A stretch of 64,000 nucleotides of DNA from a virus (taxonomy: Duplodnaviria; Caudoviricetes), in IMG/VR virus record IMGVR_UViG_2932189381_000001, positions 1-64,000 of that record. The stretch is one strand, 5' to 3'. The first letter of the stretch is position 1. Each line of letters begins with the position of its first letter. Below, in pieces: positions 18,906-27,906 of the stretch. The translations under genes and the position numbers were made by a program. The notes below the pieces were generated by a model. The model had not been told where the DNA came from. It did no database searches and saw only the letters and a program-made list of their open reading frames with translations.

Positions 18906-20612
18906 ATGTACCGCAACGACGACGAGCTCACCCTCATGGACTGGTTCTGCGGGGCCGGCGGCTCCAGCCAGGGAATCCACGCCGTGCCCGGTGTCCGGGT
19001 GGAGAGGGCGGCGAACCACTGGCGCCTCGCGATCGAATCGCACGCCGCGAACTTCCCCACGACCAGCCACTACCAGGGCGACATCCGTAAGGCGCCGGTG
19101 TGGGACTGGCCGGTGACCGACATCTTCTGGGCGTCCCCGGAGTGCACCAACTGGAGCGTGGCCAAGGGGAAGCGCCGCGACTTCGTCGGCGCCATGCAGG
19201 GCAGTCTCCTCGATCTCCTCGCGAGTGTGGATGAGGAGGAGGAGCCGTCCGCCGAGGAGGAGTCCCGGGCGCTGATGGAGGAAGTCCCGCTGTACCTGCG
19301 CGGGGTGCAGGAGCGCGGCGGGCTGGTGAAGGCCGGGATCGTCGAGAACGTCGTCGACGTCCGCGCCTGGGACCAGTGGGACCGCTGGATCGGCGAGATC
19401 CACAAGCTCGGCTACCGGACCCGGATCATCGCGCTGAACTCGATGCACGCGAACCCGCGGTCGGTGCACGCGGCGCCGCAGTCGAGGGACCGGCTGTACG
19501 TCGGCTACTGGCACGAGAGCCTCGGCCGCACCCCGGACTGGGACAAGTGGCTGCGCCCGCGCGCCTGGTGCACGGGGTGCGACAGCTTCGTCCAGGCGAT
19601 GCAGGTGTTCAAGGACCCGAAGCGGGACATGGGGCGTTACCGCGCCCAGTACGTGTACCGCTGCCCGAACACCTCCTGCCGCAACCAGGTCGTCGAGCCG
19701 GAGGCGCTGCCGGCCGCCGCGGCGATCGATTGGTCTATCCCCGGTCAGCGGATCGGTGACAGGGCCAAGCCGCTCGCGGAGAAGACCCTGAAGCGCATCG
19801 AGGCAGGCTTGAAGAAGTTCGCCCGGCCGATCACCCTCGAAGCCGCGGGGAACACCTTCGAGCGACGACCTGGCGTGCGCACCTGGCCGGTCGACGCGCC
19901 TCTCACCACGCAGACCACCACGATGACCAAGGCCATGGCCTACGAGCCGTTCATGGTCCCGGCCGGCGGAACCTGGCGCAACGCCCCGTCCGGTGTCCTG
20001 GACCCCATGCCCGCGCGGACTACTCGGGAGAACGACGCGCTTGTCATACCTCCGCTGATGGTGCCGGTGGAGGGCCGGGACGGGAAGGAGGCCGCTCCCG
20101 CGACGGGGCCACTGCGGACCATGACGACCCGCAACGAGACGGGGCTGGCGTGGTTGCCGTTCATCGCCGAGCTGCGCGGCGGGGGTTCCGTCGCCCGGCC
20201 GGTGTCGGAGTCCCTCGCCACCGTGACCGCGTCCGGGAATCACCACGGGCTCGTCACGCCGAACGGGTTCGGCGAGCACATGCTCATCCCGTACTACGGC
20301 AACGGCGCCCCGCGGTCGGTGAATGAGCCGATCGGCGCGCTGACGACCCGCGACCGGTACGCCCTGGTGCGCGGCGACATCAACATCGACGACGTGATGT
20401 TCCGGATGCTCGAGCCGCACGAGATCGGCCGCGCGATGTCCTTCGCCGACGAGTACGTGGTCCTCGGGAACAAGCGGCAGAAGGTCCGCCAGTACGGGAA
20501 CGCTGTCACGCCGAACGCCGCCGAGGTGCTGGTGTGCGCGCTGGTGGAGGCCATCACCGGCGAGGAACTGTCCCGGCACGAGGAAGCCACGGGCCTCGAG
20601 GCCGCCGCCTGA
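18906..20612 (+). CDS. DNA (cytosine-5) methyltransferase
   Basis: FCGAGG (motif I), ASPEC (IV), ENV (VI), QSRDR (VIII), QYGNAV (X). Confidence 0.93.
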   Translation: MYRNDDELTLMDWFCGAGGSSQGIHAVPGVRVERAANHWRLAIESHAANFPTTSHYQGDIRKAPVWDWPVTDIFWASPECTNWSVAKGKRRDFVGAMQGSLLDLLASVDEEEEPSAEEESRALMEEVPLYLRGVQERGGLVKAGIVENVVDVRAWDQWDRWIGEIHKLGYRTRIIALNSMHANPRSVHAAPQSRDRLYVGYWHESLGRTPDWDKWLRPRAWCTGCDSFVQAMQVFKDPKRDMGRYRAQYVYRCPNTSCRNQVVEPEALPAAAAIDWSIPGQRIGDRAKPLAEKTLKRIEAGLKKFARPITLEAAGNTFERRPGVRTWPVDAPLTTQTTTMTKAMAYEPFMVPAGGTWRNAPSGVLDPMPARTTRENDALVIPPLMVPVEGRDGKEAAPATGPLRTMTTRNETGLAWLPFIAELRGGGSVARPVSESLATVTASGNHHGLVTPNGFGEHMLIPYYGNGAPRSVNEPIGALTTRDRYALVRGDINIDDVMFRMLEPHEIGRAMSFADEYVVLGNKRQKVRQYGNAVTPNAAEVLVCALVEAITGEELSRHEEATGLEAAA

Positions 20613-20809
20613 TGTCCCGCTGCCAGGCGTGTGGCCGGCCGTTGCGCCGCCCGTCGCCGTCGGGCTACGGCCCGGTGTGTGCCCGCCGTCTGTCCGCCGT
20701 CACCCGTCGCCCGCCCGCCATCCGGGCCGCCGAACCGGCGGTCGAAATCCACCCCGGGCAGACCGAACTGCCCCTCGTCGACCACCAACCAACCCTCTGG
20801 AGCCTCTGA
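20612..20809 (+). CDS. DUF6011-like zinc-finger protein
   Basis: CQACGRPL...SGYGPVC. Confidence 0.65.
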   Translation: MSRCQACGRPLRRPSPSGYGPVCARRLSAVTRRPPAIRAAEPAVEIHPGQTELPLVDHQPTLWSL

Positions 20810-21093
20810 TGACTGACCTCGACCCCCGCATCCCGACGTTCCGTTGGGCTGCGCTGGACCGCTACCGCAAGGCCCACGTCTGGCTCGGTGCTGCCACCGC
20901 GTGCGGGCTCGGCATGCGCTGGACGCTGCAGACCTGGAAGCCGGACGCCGACCAGATGTGCCCGGCCTGCCGCGGCTACGTCCAGGGCTGGCTCGACCGC
21001 CACGACCACGGCGCCAACCCGCAGCCCGGTCCCGGCATGTCCGTGCCGCTGGCCTACGGCACGGTCACCGAACAGCCCGCTCCCACCCCGTGA
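20809..21093 (+). CDS. Hypothetical protein
   Basis: H...ACG...CPAC; coupled start. Confidence 0.55.
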   Translation: MTDLDPRIPTFRWAALDRYRKAHVWLGAATACGLGMRWTLQTWKPDADQMCPACRGYVQGWLDRHDHGANPQPGPGMSVPLAYGTVTEQPAPTP

Positions 21094-21164
21094 ATGCCGC
21101 GACCCGGGGCGTCGTTACCGCCCCGGGTCTGGCCCGACCCTACCCAGACCACCCGGAGGAACCC

Positions 21165-21461
21165 ATGACCCAGCCCACCACCTACCGCATCGAGTTCGGC
21201 CCGGCCTGGCCCGTGCCGCCGGTGACCGTCGACTTCGCCGACCGCAACGCCGCCGACCGTGCCGTCGCCCAGCACGCGATCCCGTACCTGCGGCCCGTCC
21301 TCGAGGGGAAGGGCCACCCGGAGTACGCGGACTGCTTCTTCAACACCGACCGGGAGTTGAAGCGCGGCGCGTTCATGTGGATCGACCTCGCCGGCGGGAA
21401 GGGCGCCCAGTTCTGCCCCGCCCGACTCACGCCGGTCGCCGAGGAGGCCGACCGTGGCTGA
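21165..21461 (+). CDS. Hypothetical protein
   Basis: RBS GGAGGA. Confidence 0.65.
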   Translation: MTQPTTYRIEFGPAWPVPPVTVDFADRNAADRAVAQHAIPYLRPVLEGKGHPEYADCFFNTDRELKRGAFMWIDLAGGKGAQFCPARLTPVAEEADRG

Positions 21462-21693
21462 GTTCTCCTTCGAAACGGTGACCCGCACGATCCGCCGCTG
21501 GATCGTCCCCGCCGCCGACCCCTGGGGTGCCGCCGCTGCCGAGATCGGTAAGGCGTGGGCGGTCGCCGAACGCGCCTACCGGGACCACCACGGCATCCCC
21601 GACGAGCAGCCGCTCCACGACGACGCGCTCCGGTTCCACGTCCGCGACGAGGAGATCGTCATCAGCTTCGAGTACGAGCAGCCCACCCCGTGA
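21454..21693 (+). CDS. Hypothetical protein
   Basis: RBS GAGGAGG. Confidence 0.65.
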   Translation: MAEFSFETVTRTIRRWIVPAADPWGAAAAEIGKAWAVAERAYRDHHGIPDEQPLHDDALRFHVRDEEIVISFEYEQPTP

Positions 21694-21818
21694 TGCCGAC
21701 TCCTCGGGGGCGTGCTGCTACCGCGCCCCCGGGGCTCCCGGACCCCGCCCGCTACGAGGGACCGGTGTCGGGTGAACAACCCGCCACCAGGCCCCGCCAG
21801 ACCGCCCAGGAGCAGCCC

Positions 21819-22049
21819 GTGACCACACCCGCTGACGAACTCACCGCCGCCGTCCGACGCCTCCGCAGCGGCACGCTCATCACCCGCGTCGACCTCGACA
21901 TGCCGCTCGCCCTCCTGCTCGAGGGCGTTCTCTCCCAGGCCCGCGAGTCCGGTCACGAGGTGTGCGCGTCGTGGTGCAGCCCGGACACGTGCGACCTGTC
22001 CGCGGCTGTCGCTGTCGCCCGCCTGATCAACGCCGCCCCGTCCGCCTGA
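21819..22049 (+). CDS. Hypothetical protein
   Basis: RBS AGGAG. Confidence 0.55.
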   Translation: MTTPADELTAAVRRLRSGTLITRVDLDMPLALLLEGVLSQARESGHEVCASWCSPDTCDLSAAVAVARLINAAPSA

Positions 22050-22096
22050 CCCCCTCCCCGGCTGTCCTGCCCTGGGCAGCCCCCGAAAGGACCACC

Positions 22097-22816
22097 ATGA
22101 CCAACCCGACCGTCCTCGCCCTGCTGCGCGACGCCGAGTCGTACCTGTCCGCCCTGCACGGCTCCGTCGCCCGACACGACCACCTCGCCGCCAACCTCGG
22201 CTGCGCCGGGTGCGAGCTGCGGGACCGGATCACGGCCGCCCTGCCCGAGCTGGCTGCCGTGCCGGTGCCGCCCGCCGACCAGACCGCCCACCGCGACCGC
22301 ATCGCCGACGCCATCGCTGGCGTGGACGGCGGGAAGTGGGGGACCGAGGTGCCGAAGATGCACCCGTTCTGGCAGGAGGTGTACCTCGCCTACGCCGATG
22401 CGGTGCTCGCGGTGCTGCCCGAGCCCACCCCGGCCGTCGCGCTGACCGACCGCGAGAGGGCCATGCTCAGCTTCGCGCTTGAGATGGCGCAGGAAGAGAT
22501 CCACGCCCGCAGCCTGGAGTTCACCGACGACGACCGGACCGCGCTGGAGCGCCTGCGCCGCCTGGTCGACGAGACACAGACCGGCCAACCCCCAGTCGAC
22601 GAGGACCCCGCACGCATCGACCGGTTCCGCCCGGAGTTCAGCGAGCACGCCAGCGTCGAAGCGATCGACGTTCAGCTTCGGCGAGCCCGCTCGCAGCAGC
22701 GCCGCTGGCACCTGCGGGCCGAGTGGCTGATCAGTTTGCGGGCGACCCGGGTGGCACAGAAGGAGCGCGGCGAGTGGCCCGCCGTCGAGGCGCGGCAGGA
22801 CGGGGCCACGCCGTGA
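22097..22816 (+). CDS. Mosaic hypothetical phage protein
   Basis: RBS GAAAGGA; ADAVLAVL motif common in Streptomyces phage proteins. Confidence 0.7.
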   Translation: MTNPTVLALLRDAESYLSALHGSVARHDHLAANLGCAGCELRDRITAALPELAAVPVPPADQTAHRDRIADAIAGVDGGKWGTEVPKMHPFWQEVYLAYADAVLAVLPEPTPAVALTDRERAMLSFALEMAQEEIHARSLEFTDDDRTALERLRRLVDETQTGQPPVDEDPARIDRFRPEFSEHASVEAIDVQLRRARSQQRRWHLRAEWLISLRATRVAQKERGEWPAVEARQDGATP

Positions 22817-23031
22817 GTGGCCACGACTTCGCTCCCGGGGCGCGATGCCGGAAGGGCCGCCCGCGGCTCACTCCGGAGGCGCAGGCGGTCGCGGATGAGC
22901 TCTCCCGTCGGGCGGCTCAGATGTGGGCCGATAGCGACGGCGAGTTGTCGATCGCGGAGGCTGTCGAGTTGGCCGCGTTCCGTATGGGTGTCGAAGTCCC
23001 GCAAACCGTGACAGATCCGGCGGTCGAGTAG
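22813..23031 (+). CDS. Hypothetical protein
   Basis: GTGA overlap. Confidence 0.5.
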   Translation: MSGHDFAPGARCRKGRPRLTPEAQAVADELSRRAAQMWADSDGELSIAEAVELAAFRMGVEVPQTVTDPAVE

Positions 23032-23256
23032 TGGCGGCAGATCCGCACACCGCCAACTCGGCCCCAAGGAAGCCCGTGAGCGCCCCTCTGGCGCCCTTAA
23101 GCCCGTTTGGCGGTGCCTCGCGACGTTCGAGGACTCCCACGGGCCTTAGAGAGGCGCACACGGATTCCGTCACCCGCACCTGACCCTGCCGGGGGCCGCT
23201 CCCGCTCAACCTCAGGGGCGGCCCCGCACCCCACCGACTATCCGCTGGAGCATCCG

Positions 23257-23469
23257 ATGATCACCAACCCGCCCACCGCCGCCCTGATACCGCATGGCGA
23301 CCCGATCGACATCGGCTGGATCAACGGCAGCCTCGACGCCCGCCTGCACCTGACCGTCCGGTCGGGCATGGACCCGCTCGAGCGCGAGCAGCTCCTCGCC
23401 GACCTGCGGGAGGCCATCGAGATCGTCGTGCCCGTCCGCCCCGCCGACCGAAAGGACCAGACCGCGTGA
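23257..23469 (+). CDS. Hypothetical protein
   Basis: RBS GGAG. Confidence 0.5.
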   Translation: MITNPPTAALIPHGDPIDIGWINGSLDARLHLTVRSGMDPLEREQLLADLREAIEIVVPVRPADRKDQTA

Positions 23470-23705
23470 ACATCGAAGCCATCCTCATCGGACTCCTGTC
23501 GACCACCCACACGCCCGAACAGGCCGAGCACGCGGCGCGCACCGTCCTGCGGGACCACGCCCACCAGCTCGCCGAGCAGATCCGCGAGGACACCCGCGCG
23601 TCTCTCACTCGGGTGACAGCCACGAACGGCGCGAACTGGGGGCGCACCTGGGCGCAAGGCCGAGAGCGGGCCGCCGACCTGATCGACCCGGAGGTGCAGT
23701 CGTGA
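23466..23705 (+). CDS. Hypothetical protein
   Basis: HAHQLAEQIR...AADLIDP motif. Confidence 0.6.
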   Translation: MNIEAILIGLLSTTHTPEQAEHAARTVLRDHAHQLAEQIREDTRASLTRVTATNGANWGRTWAQGRERAADLIDPEVQS

Positions 23706-24205
23706 GCCCGCAGAAGCGCCCGTCCGCCCGTGAACTCCTCACCGACACGTCGGTCGAGATCCTCGCGACCGTGTTCGCGGGCCAGGTCCGGTCGGCTGTC
23801 ATCGAGCGCGCCCTCAAGCAGATGGCCGAAGCCGAGGCCGAAGCCGTTGCCCGCGGCGCAGCGCACCGGAGGCAAGCCGTGACCACGCTCTCTGACCGGC
23901 AGCTTGCGATTCTTCGCCTGCGCGCCGACGGCTACAGCGGCCCGCAGATCGCAGCGAAGCTGACCATCGCGGTCAGCACCGTCGACTACCACGAGCGGGT
24001 CATCTGCCACCGCCTCGAAGCCGTCAACATCACCAACGCCGTGGACCGGGCCTACCAGGCCGGGATCTTCCGCCGGGAGCGCCACGGCGACCACGCCGGC
24101 TACGCCGCCCACCTGTACCGCGGCGAAGACCCCTGCGACGCCTGCAAGACGGGGGAGCGCGCCTACCGGAACAACCTCCGCCAGCAACGAGAGGCAGCCG
24201 CATGA
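23702..24205 (+). CDS. LuxR-type HTH regulator
   Basis: LSDRQLAILRLRADGYSGPQIAAKLTIAVSTVDYH; C-terminal HG...CDAC. Confidence 0.8.
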   Translation: MSPQKRPSARELLTDTSVEILATVFAGQVRSAVIERALKQMAEAEAEAVARGAAHRRQAVTTLSDRQLAILRLRADGYSGPQIAAKLTIAVSTVDYHERVICHRLEAVNITNAVDRAYQAGIFRRERHGDHAGYAAHLYRGEDPCDACKTGERAYRNNLRQQREAAA

Positions 24206-24368
24206 CCGGACCCCTGTGCGGGGCGCGCCACTGGCAGCACCCCGACACCCTGTGCACCGAGCTCACCGGCCACGACCGGGCCGACGGCAGCAGCCCGCAC
24301 GCCGGGCTCCTCATCATCGACGGGCGTGAAGCCGGCGTCATCACCTGGAACGAACCGAAGGAGAAGCG

Positions 24369-25178
24369 GTGACCGACCCCCGCCCCCTGCCCGATGTCGA
24401 CTTGCTCGCGTGGGCGGTCGTCCTCGAGTACCGCGACCGGCAGTACGCCCGCGGCAGCAACATCATCCTGCTCCCGTACCCGCCGTGCCCGACCTGCGGG
24501 GAGAACGTGGACGGCGTGCACACGTACCAGCGCCGTGACCAGTTCGAGTCCCGCATCACCATGAAGCCCTGCGGGCACGGGCATGCCGTCGCCGAAGCGC
24601 AGGTCGACCGGATCCACCGTCACATTGGCGACCTGCTGGAACTCCTCGACACCGCCAGCCGGTGGCCCGCAGGCAAAGGCTGGAACACCGAGCGGATCAT
24701 CGCCGAAGCCCGCACCCGCGTCGGGCAGGAAGAGCAGGCAGCGACCGAAGCCACCGAGTTCGAATGCTGCTGTGTGTGCGGCGGCACCCCCATCGTCTAC
24801 TACCACAACCACCTAGGCTTGCCGCTTTGCCGGGCCTGCGCCGACTGCCGGTGCGGACAGAACCCGTGCGCGCGGACCGGCGTCAACGACCCCGAGGTGA
24901 GCGAGACGGCCGAGCTGGAGCGGCTGCGGCGCACCGTCCGACAGCTCATGACCGTCAACCGGCGCCACGCCGACCAGCTGGTCACCGCACACCAAGTCAC
25001 CATCGGGGACCTCCGGCGGGCGGAAGCCCAAGTCCGGGCCCGCGAGGCCGCCCTCGCCCGAGTGGAGGCTCTGGCGGCCCGGATCGCGGCCGGGCATCCC
25101 GTCCAGGACAACGCCGACGACCTGGCCGCCGCCATCCGCGACGCCGCCCGCACCGACCAGCCGAAGGAGACGCCGTGA
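24369..25178 (+). CDS. Cys-rich hypothetical protein
   Basis: Several CxxC motifs plus coiled coil. Confidence 0.65.
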   Translation: MTDPRPLPDVDLLAWAVVLEYRDRQYARGSNIILLPYPPCPTCGENVDGVHTYQRRDQFESRITMKPCGHGHAVAEAQVDRIHRHIGDLLELLDTASRWPAGKGWNTERIIAEARTRVGQEEQAATEATEFECCCVCGGTPIVYYHNHLGLPLCRACADCRCGQNPCARTGVNDPEVSETAELERLRRTVRQLMTVNRRHADQLVTAHQVTIGDLRRAEAQVRAREAALARVEALAARIAAGHPVQDNADDLAAAIRDAARTDQPKETP

Positions 25179-25411
25179 CCGAGACCCGCACCCGCATGCA
25201 CCACCACCTGCACACCGGGTGGCATGAACTTCTGCACTGGCTGTACGACCCCGCCTCTCTTGGGCGCAAGGCGTACCGCGTCCGCTACCCGTGGCTGCAC
25301 ATCCATCTCATCCCCGGCCGGTGGCTGAACCGGGCCTGTGACCGCTACGACCGGCAACTCGGCCTTACCGAAGACGAGATCCGACAGGTCCAGCCTAAGG
25401 AGCGGCCGTGA
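25175..25411 (+). CDS. Hypothetical protein
   Basis: RBS AAGGAG, GTGA overlap. Confidence 0.5.
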   Translation: MTETRTRMHHHLHTGWHELLHWLYDPASLGRKAYRVRYPWLHIHLIPGRWLNRACDRYDRQLGLTEDEIRQVQPKERP

Positions 25412-25764
25412 CGCCCGACCGGCAGGCCCTCACCTTCGACGAGCTCGCCGACCTGGGTGCCGAACTCCTCGCCGATCCTTGCGACCCCGACTGGTGGGAC
25501 CTGCGCGGCCAGGTGACCGCCGACCAGTACCACCGCATCGTCGACATCACCGTGACAGGGGAGTGGCTGTGACGTGGCAGCGGCAGGAGTCGACCAGTCG
25601 ATGCGAATCCTGCCGCGCCTACTGGGCCGTCCTGCAAGACCTCGGTGAGGACTGGGATGCAGCCGGACGGCCCGACGACCCCGACGGGTGGGGGCGGCAG
25701 ATCGGCGGCGCCCTCGGCATGTACAGCCAACACCTCGCCGAGCATCTGCCCAGCCGGCCGGCAT

Positions 25765-25811
25765 GACGATGCCCCCGCCACCTCGACTCGAGGTGGCGGG
25801 GGCATCGTCAT
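25765..25811. terminator. Long perfect hairpin, bidirectional terminator
   Basis: GACGATGCCCCCGCCACCTCGA-C-TCGAGGTGGCGGGGGCATCGTC between convergent genes. Confidence 0.8.
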
Positions 25812-25815
25812 GGTT

Positions 25816-26319
25816 TTAGGCGACAGCCTTTTCAGCGACCTTCCGCAGCCATGCGGCCCGGGACAGCCCCTCCGTCTTCGCTGCGGACTCGATCTTGTCG
25901 AGGAGGTCGCGCGGGTACGCCACATTGATCGTGGGACCAACCGCCGGCCTGCCGCCCTTGGAGTCCGGGCCAGACTCGTCCGGGGTGTCGGGGAACCACT
26001 TCTCCAGTTCCGCCTCCGCCTCCGTCCCGCCGCTCTTGACCATCCATTCGCGGGCCTCGTCGTCGGTGAGGAAGCGCCACACGTTGGGGCCGTTGAACTC
26101 GGGGCGGGAGTCCTGGTTCTCGACCCAGCGCCCGCCGCTGGTGCGGTACAGCTGCGCCCGGTTGACCTGCATGCCGGAGATGACGCCCCGCATGACCTGT
26201 CCGTCCCAGCGGGAGGACTCTTCGAGGATGTGTTCGGCGGCGTCCAGGTCGAACCAGCCGAGGCGGTCGTAGTCGCCGTCGTAGTTCATTTCGGTGCTGT
26301 AGATCGTGATGCGGTTCAT
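25816..26319 (-). CDS. Protein with C-terminal ribbon-helix-helix (CopG-like) domain
   Basis: GGRPAVGPTINVAYPRDLLDKIESAAKTEGLSRAAWLRKV. Confidence 0.8.
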   Translation of the reverse strand: MNRITIYSTEMNYDGDYDRLGWFDLDAAEHILEESSRWDGQVMRGVISGMQVNRAQLYRTSGGRWVENQDSRPEFNGPNVWRFLTDDEAREWMVKSGGTEAEAELEKWFPDTPDESGPDSKGGRPAVGPTINVAYPRDLLDKIESAAKTEGLSRAAWLRKVAEKAVA

Positions 26320-26358
26320 GGCTACTCCGGGTCAGGTAGTGGGGTGGTGTGGGGTTCG

Positions 26359-26622
26359 TCAGCGGTCGTTGTCGGCGGGCTTCTGGAGTCGGGCGAGCTG
26401 CTCGCGCAGCTTCTGGATCTCGTCGCTCTGCTCCCTGATCACCTGGTCCTGGGCGGTGATCGTGCGGTTCCGGTCGGCCACGCGGTCGTTCAGTGCGGCG
26501 ATCTGGGCGCGCTGCCTTTCGATCTTGGCGTCCTGCTTGGCGATCTGACGCTTCTGTCCTTCGATCTTGGTGAGCAGGTCTTCCTTGCTGGAGTCCTGGT
26601 TGACGCGGAAGGAGGCGGTCAT
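26359..26622 (-). CDS. Small coiled-coil protein
   Basis: Continuous heptads; RBS GAAAGG. Confidence 0.7.
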   Translation of the reverse strand: MTASFRVNQDSSKEDLLTKIEGQKRQIAKQDAKIERQRAQIAALNDRVADRNRTITAQDQVIREQSDEIQKLREQLARLQKPADNDR

Positions 26623-26673
26623 GGCGGGTGCCTTTCTGGGTTCGCGGGTGGCGGTCAGAGGGTGGTCGGGCTG

Positions 26674-27504
26674 TCAGTAGTCGCCCTTCAGGGAGGTGAT
26701 GTAGGTGGAGGCGTCGGCCTTGGACATCTCCTCGATGCCGGCGCGGTCGGTGGGGCCGTAGAAGAAACCGCCGCCCTCACCGGAGCACTCGCGGCGGGCG
26801 AGGAGGGTGAGGATGAACTCGACCTGCTTCGGGGTGGCCAGGGGGCCCTTGGTGCGGCGGGCCTCCTCGAGCTGGGCTTCGCGGGCCTCACGGACGGCAG
26901 CCTCGGCGGCTTCGATGGCGTCCTGTTCGGCCTTCTTCTGGATGCGCTCCGCGGCGCCCGCAGCGTGCTGGGTGGCCCACTGGATGAGGATGTCGGCCTT
27001 GGCGGTGGCGGTGGGGTCGGCGTCCGCGTTGATCTTCTGGTCGAGGTTGCGCGGGTCGCCTTCGGTGGAGCCGGTGACGCGCCAGTAGGTGGAGCGGTCC
27101 ATGCGGCCGGCGCGGGGGATGGTCTTCTCGATACGGAACCCGGCGGGGGTGTTCTCGTAGAACCGGGCGTAGAACTCGGCGTGGGCGCGGCTGTAGAAGG
27201 TGGCGTCGTAGATGCGGGAGTCCTTGCCGGGGCCGTAGCCGGCGGGGGTGCCGTCGGTGCGGACGATGGTCCAGGTGGTGCGCTCCTCGCCGTACTTGAC
27301 GGTGGTGCCCTGCTCGAGGCGGTAGGTGGTCTCGGTCATGCGGGCCTTCCTCTGGCCGATGGCGATGCGGTGGGTGAGGGAGGCGGTGTCGATGACCCAC
27401 TGGCCGGCGACCTTGGTGGCGGCGATGACGCCGCGGCGGCACCAGGCGCGGATGGTGCGGATGGTGACGTTGGCCTGAGTGGCGGCGGCAGTGGTGTTCA
27501 TCAT
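26674..27504 (-). CDS. HTH_17 (Xis-like) N-terminal domain protein
   Basis: MNTTAAATQANVTIRTIRAWCRRGVIAATKVAGQWVI; C-terminal ATPKQ...MSKADAS.YI. Confidence 0.8.
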   Translation of the reverse strand: MMNTTAAATQANVTIRTIRAWCRRGVIAATKVAGQWVIDTASLTHRIAIGQRKARMTETTYRLEQGTTVKYGEERTTWTIVRTDGTPAGYGPGKDSRIYDATFYSRAHAEFYARFYENTPAGFRIEKTIPRAGRMDRSTYWRVTGSTEGDPRNLDQKINADADPTATAKADILIQWATQHAAGAAERIQKKAEQDAIEAAEAAVREAREAQLEEARRTKGPLATPKQVEFILTLLARRECSGEGGGFFYGPTDRAGIEEMSKADASTYITSLKGDY

Positions 27505-27522
27505 GGTTTCCCTCCCCGTGGG

Positions 27523-27577
27523 GTTTTCGATACTGAAAACCTAGAGGAGGGGGTGAGGGGTTGTCAATACTGAAAAC
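27523..27577 (-). promoter_or_regulatory. Consensus sigma70-type promoter flanked by two 18-bp palindromic operators
   Basis: TTGACA (27567-27562)-18 nt-TAGGTT (27543-27538); boxes GTTTTCGATACTGAAAAC 27523-27540 and GTTGTCAATACTGAAAAC 27560-27577. Confidence 0.8.
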
Positions 27578-27583
27578 GCAAGG

Positions 27584-27610
27584 AGCCTCCCGGTCATCGA
27601 CCGGGAGGCT
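27584..27610 (-). terminator. Hairpin closing the mini-array transcript
   Basis: AGCCTCCCGGTC-ATC-GACCGGGAGGCT overlapping the last repeat. Confidence 0.65.
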
Positions 27611-27793
27611 CAACCCCGCGAGTGCGGGGAGCAGCTACCAACACCCCTAAGCCTGGGGCCACCCCCGCTGACGCGGGGAGCAGAACCAACTCACGCCCTA
27701 CGTAGGGCCACCCCCACATCGGCGGGGAAGAGGCCGCTTCCCAGCAACCTCCGTGTCCATCGACTGGAACACCCCCGCAGCGGCGGGGAGCAG
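27606..27793 (-). CRISPR. cas-less type I-E-like CRISPR mini-array: 4 repeats, 3 spacers (32, 20, 20 nt)
   Basis: 29-nt repeats at 27765-27793, 27704-27732, 27655-27683, 27606-27634; minus-strand consensus CTGCTCCCCGC-N4-GCGGGG(G/T)TG-N5. Confidence 0.85.
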
Positions 27794-27816
27794 CGCCGGT
27801 CTCCCGGCGGGCCACC

Positions 27817-27838
27817 ACTATGGCACGTGGCACCGACA
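27817..27838 (-). promoter_or_regulatory. RecA-NDp/PafBC-like promoter driving the mini-array
   Basis: TGTCGGTG-CCACGTGC(8 nt)-CATAGT; followed by leader hairpin CGCCGG-GAGA-CCGGCG. Confidence 0.65.
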
Positions 27839-27906
27839 GCTCGCAGGGAAACCGACAGCCCGTCAGGCCCGCGCCACCTCGAGCGGCGCGGGCACCGGCT
27901 GGGCGC

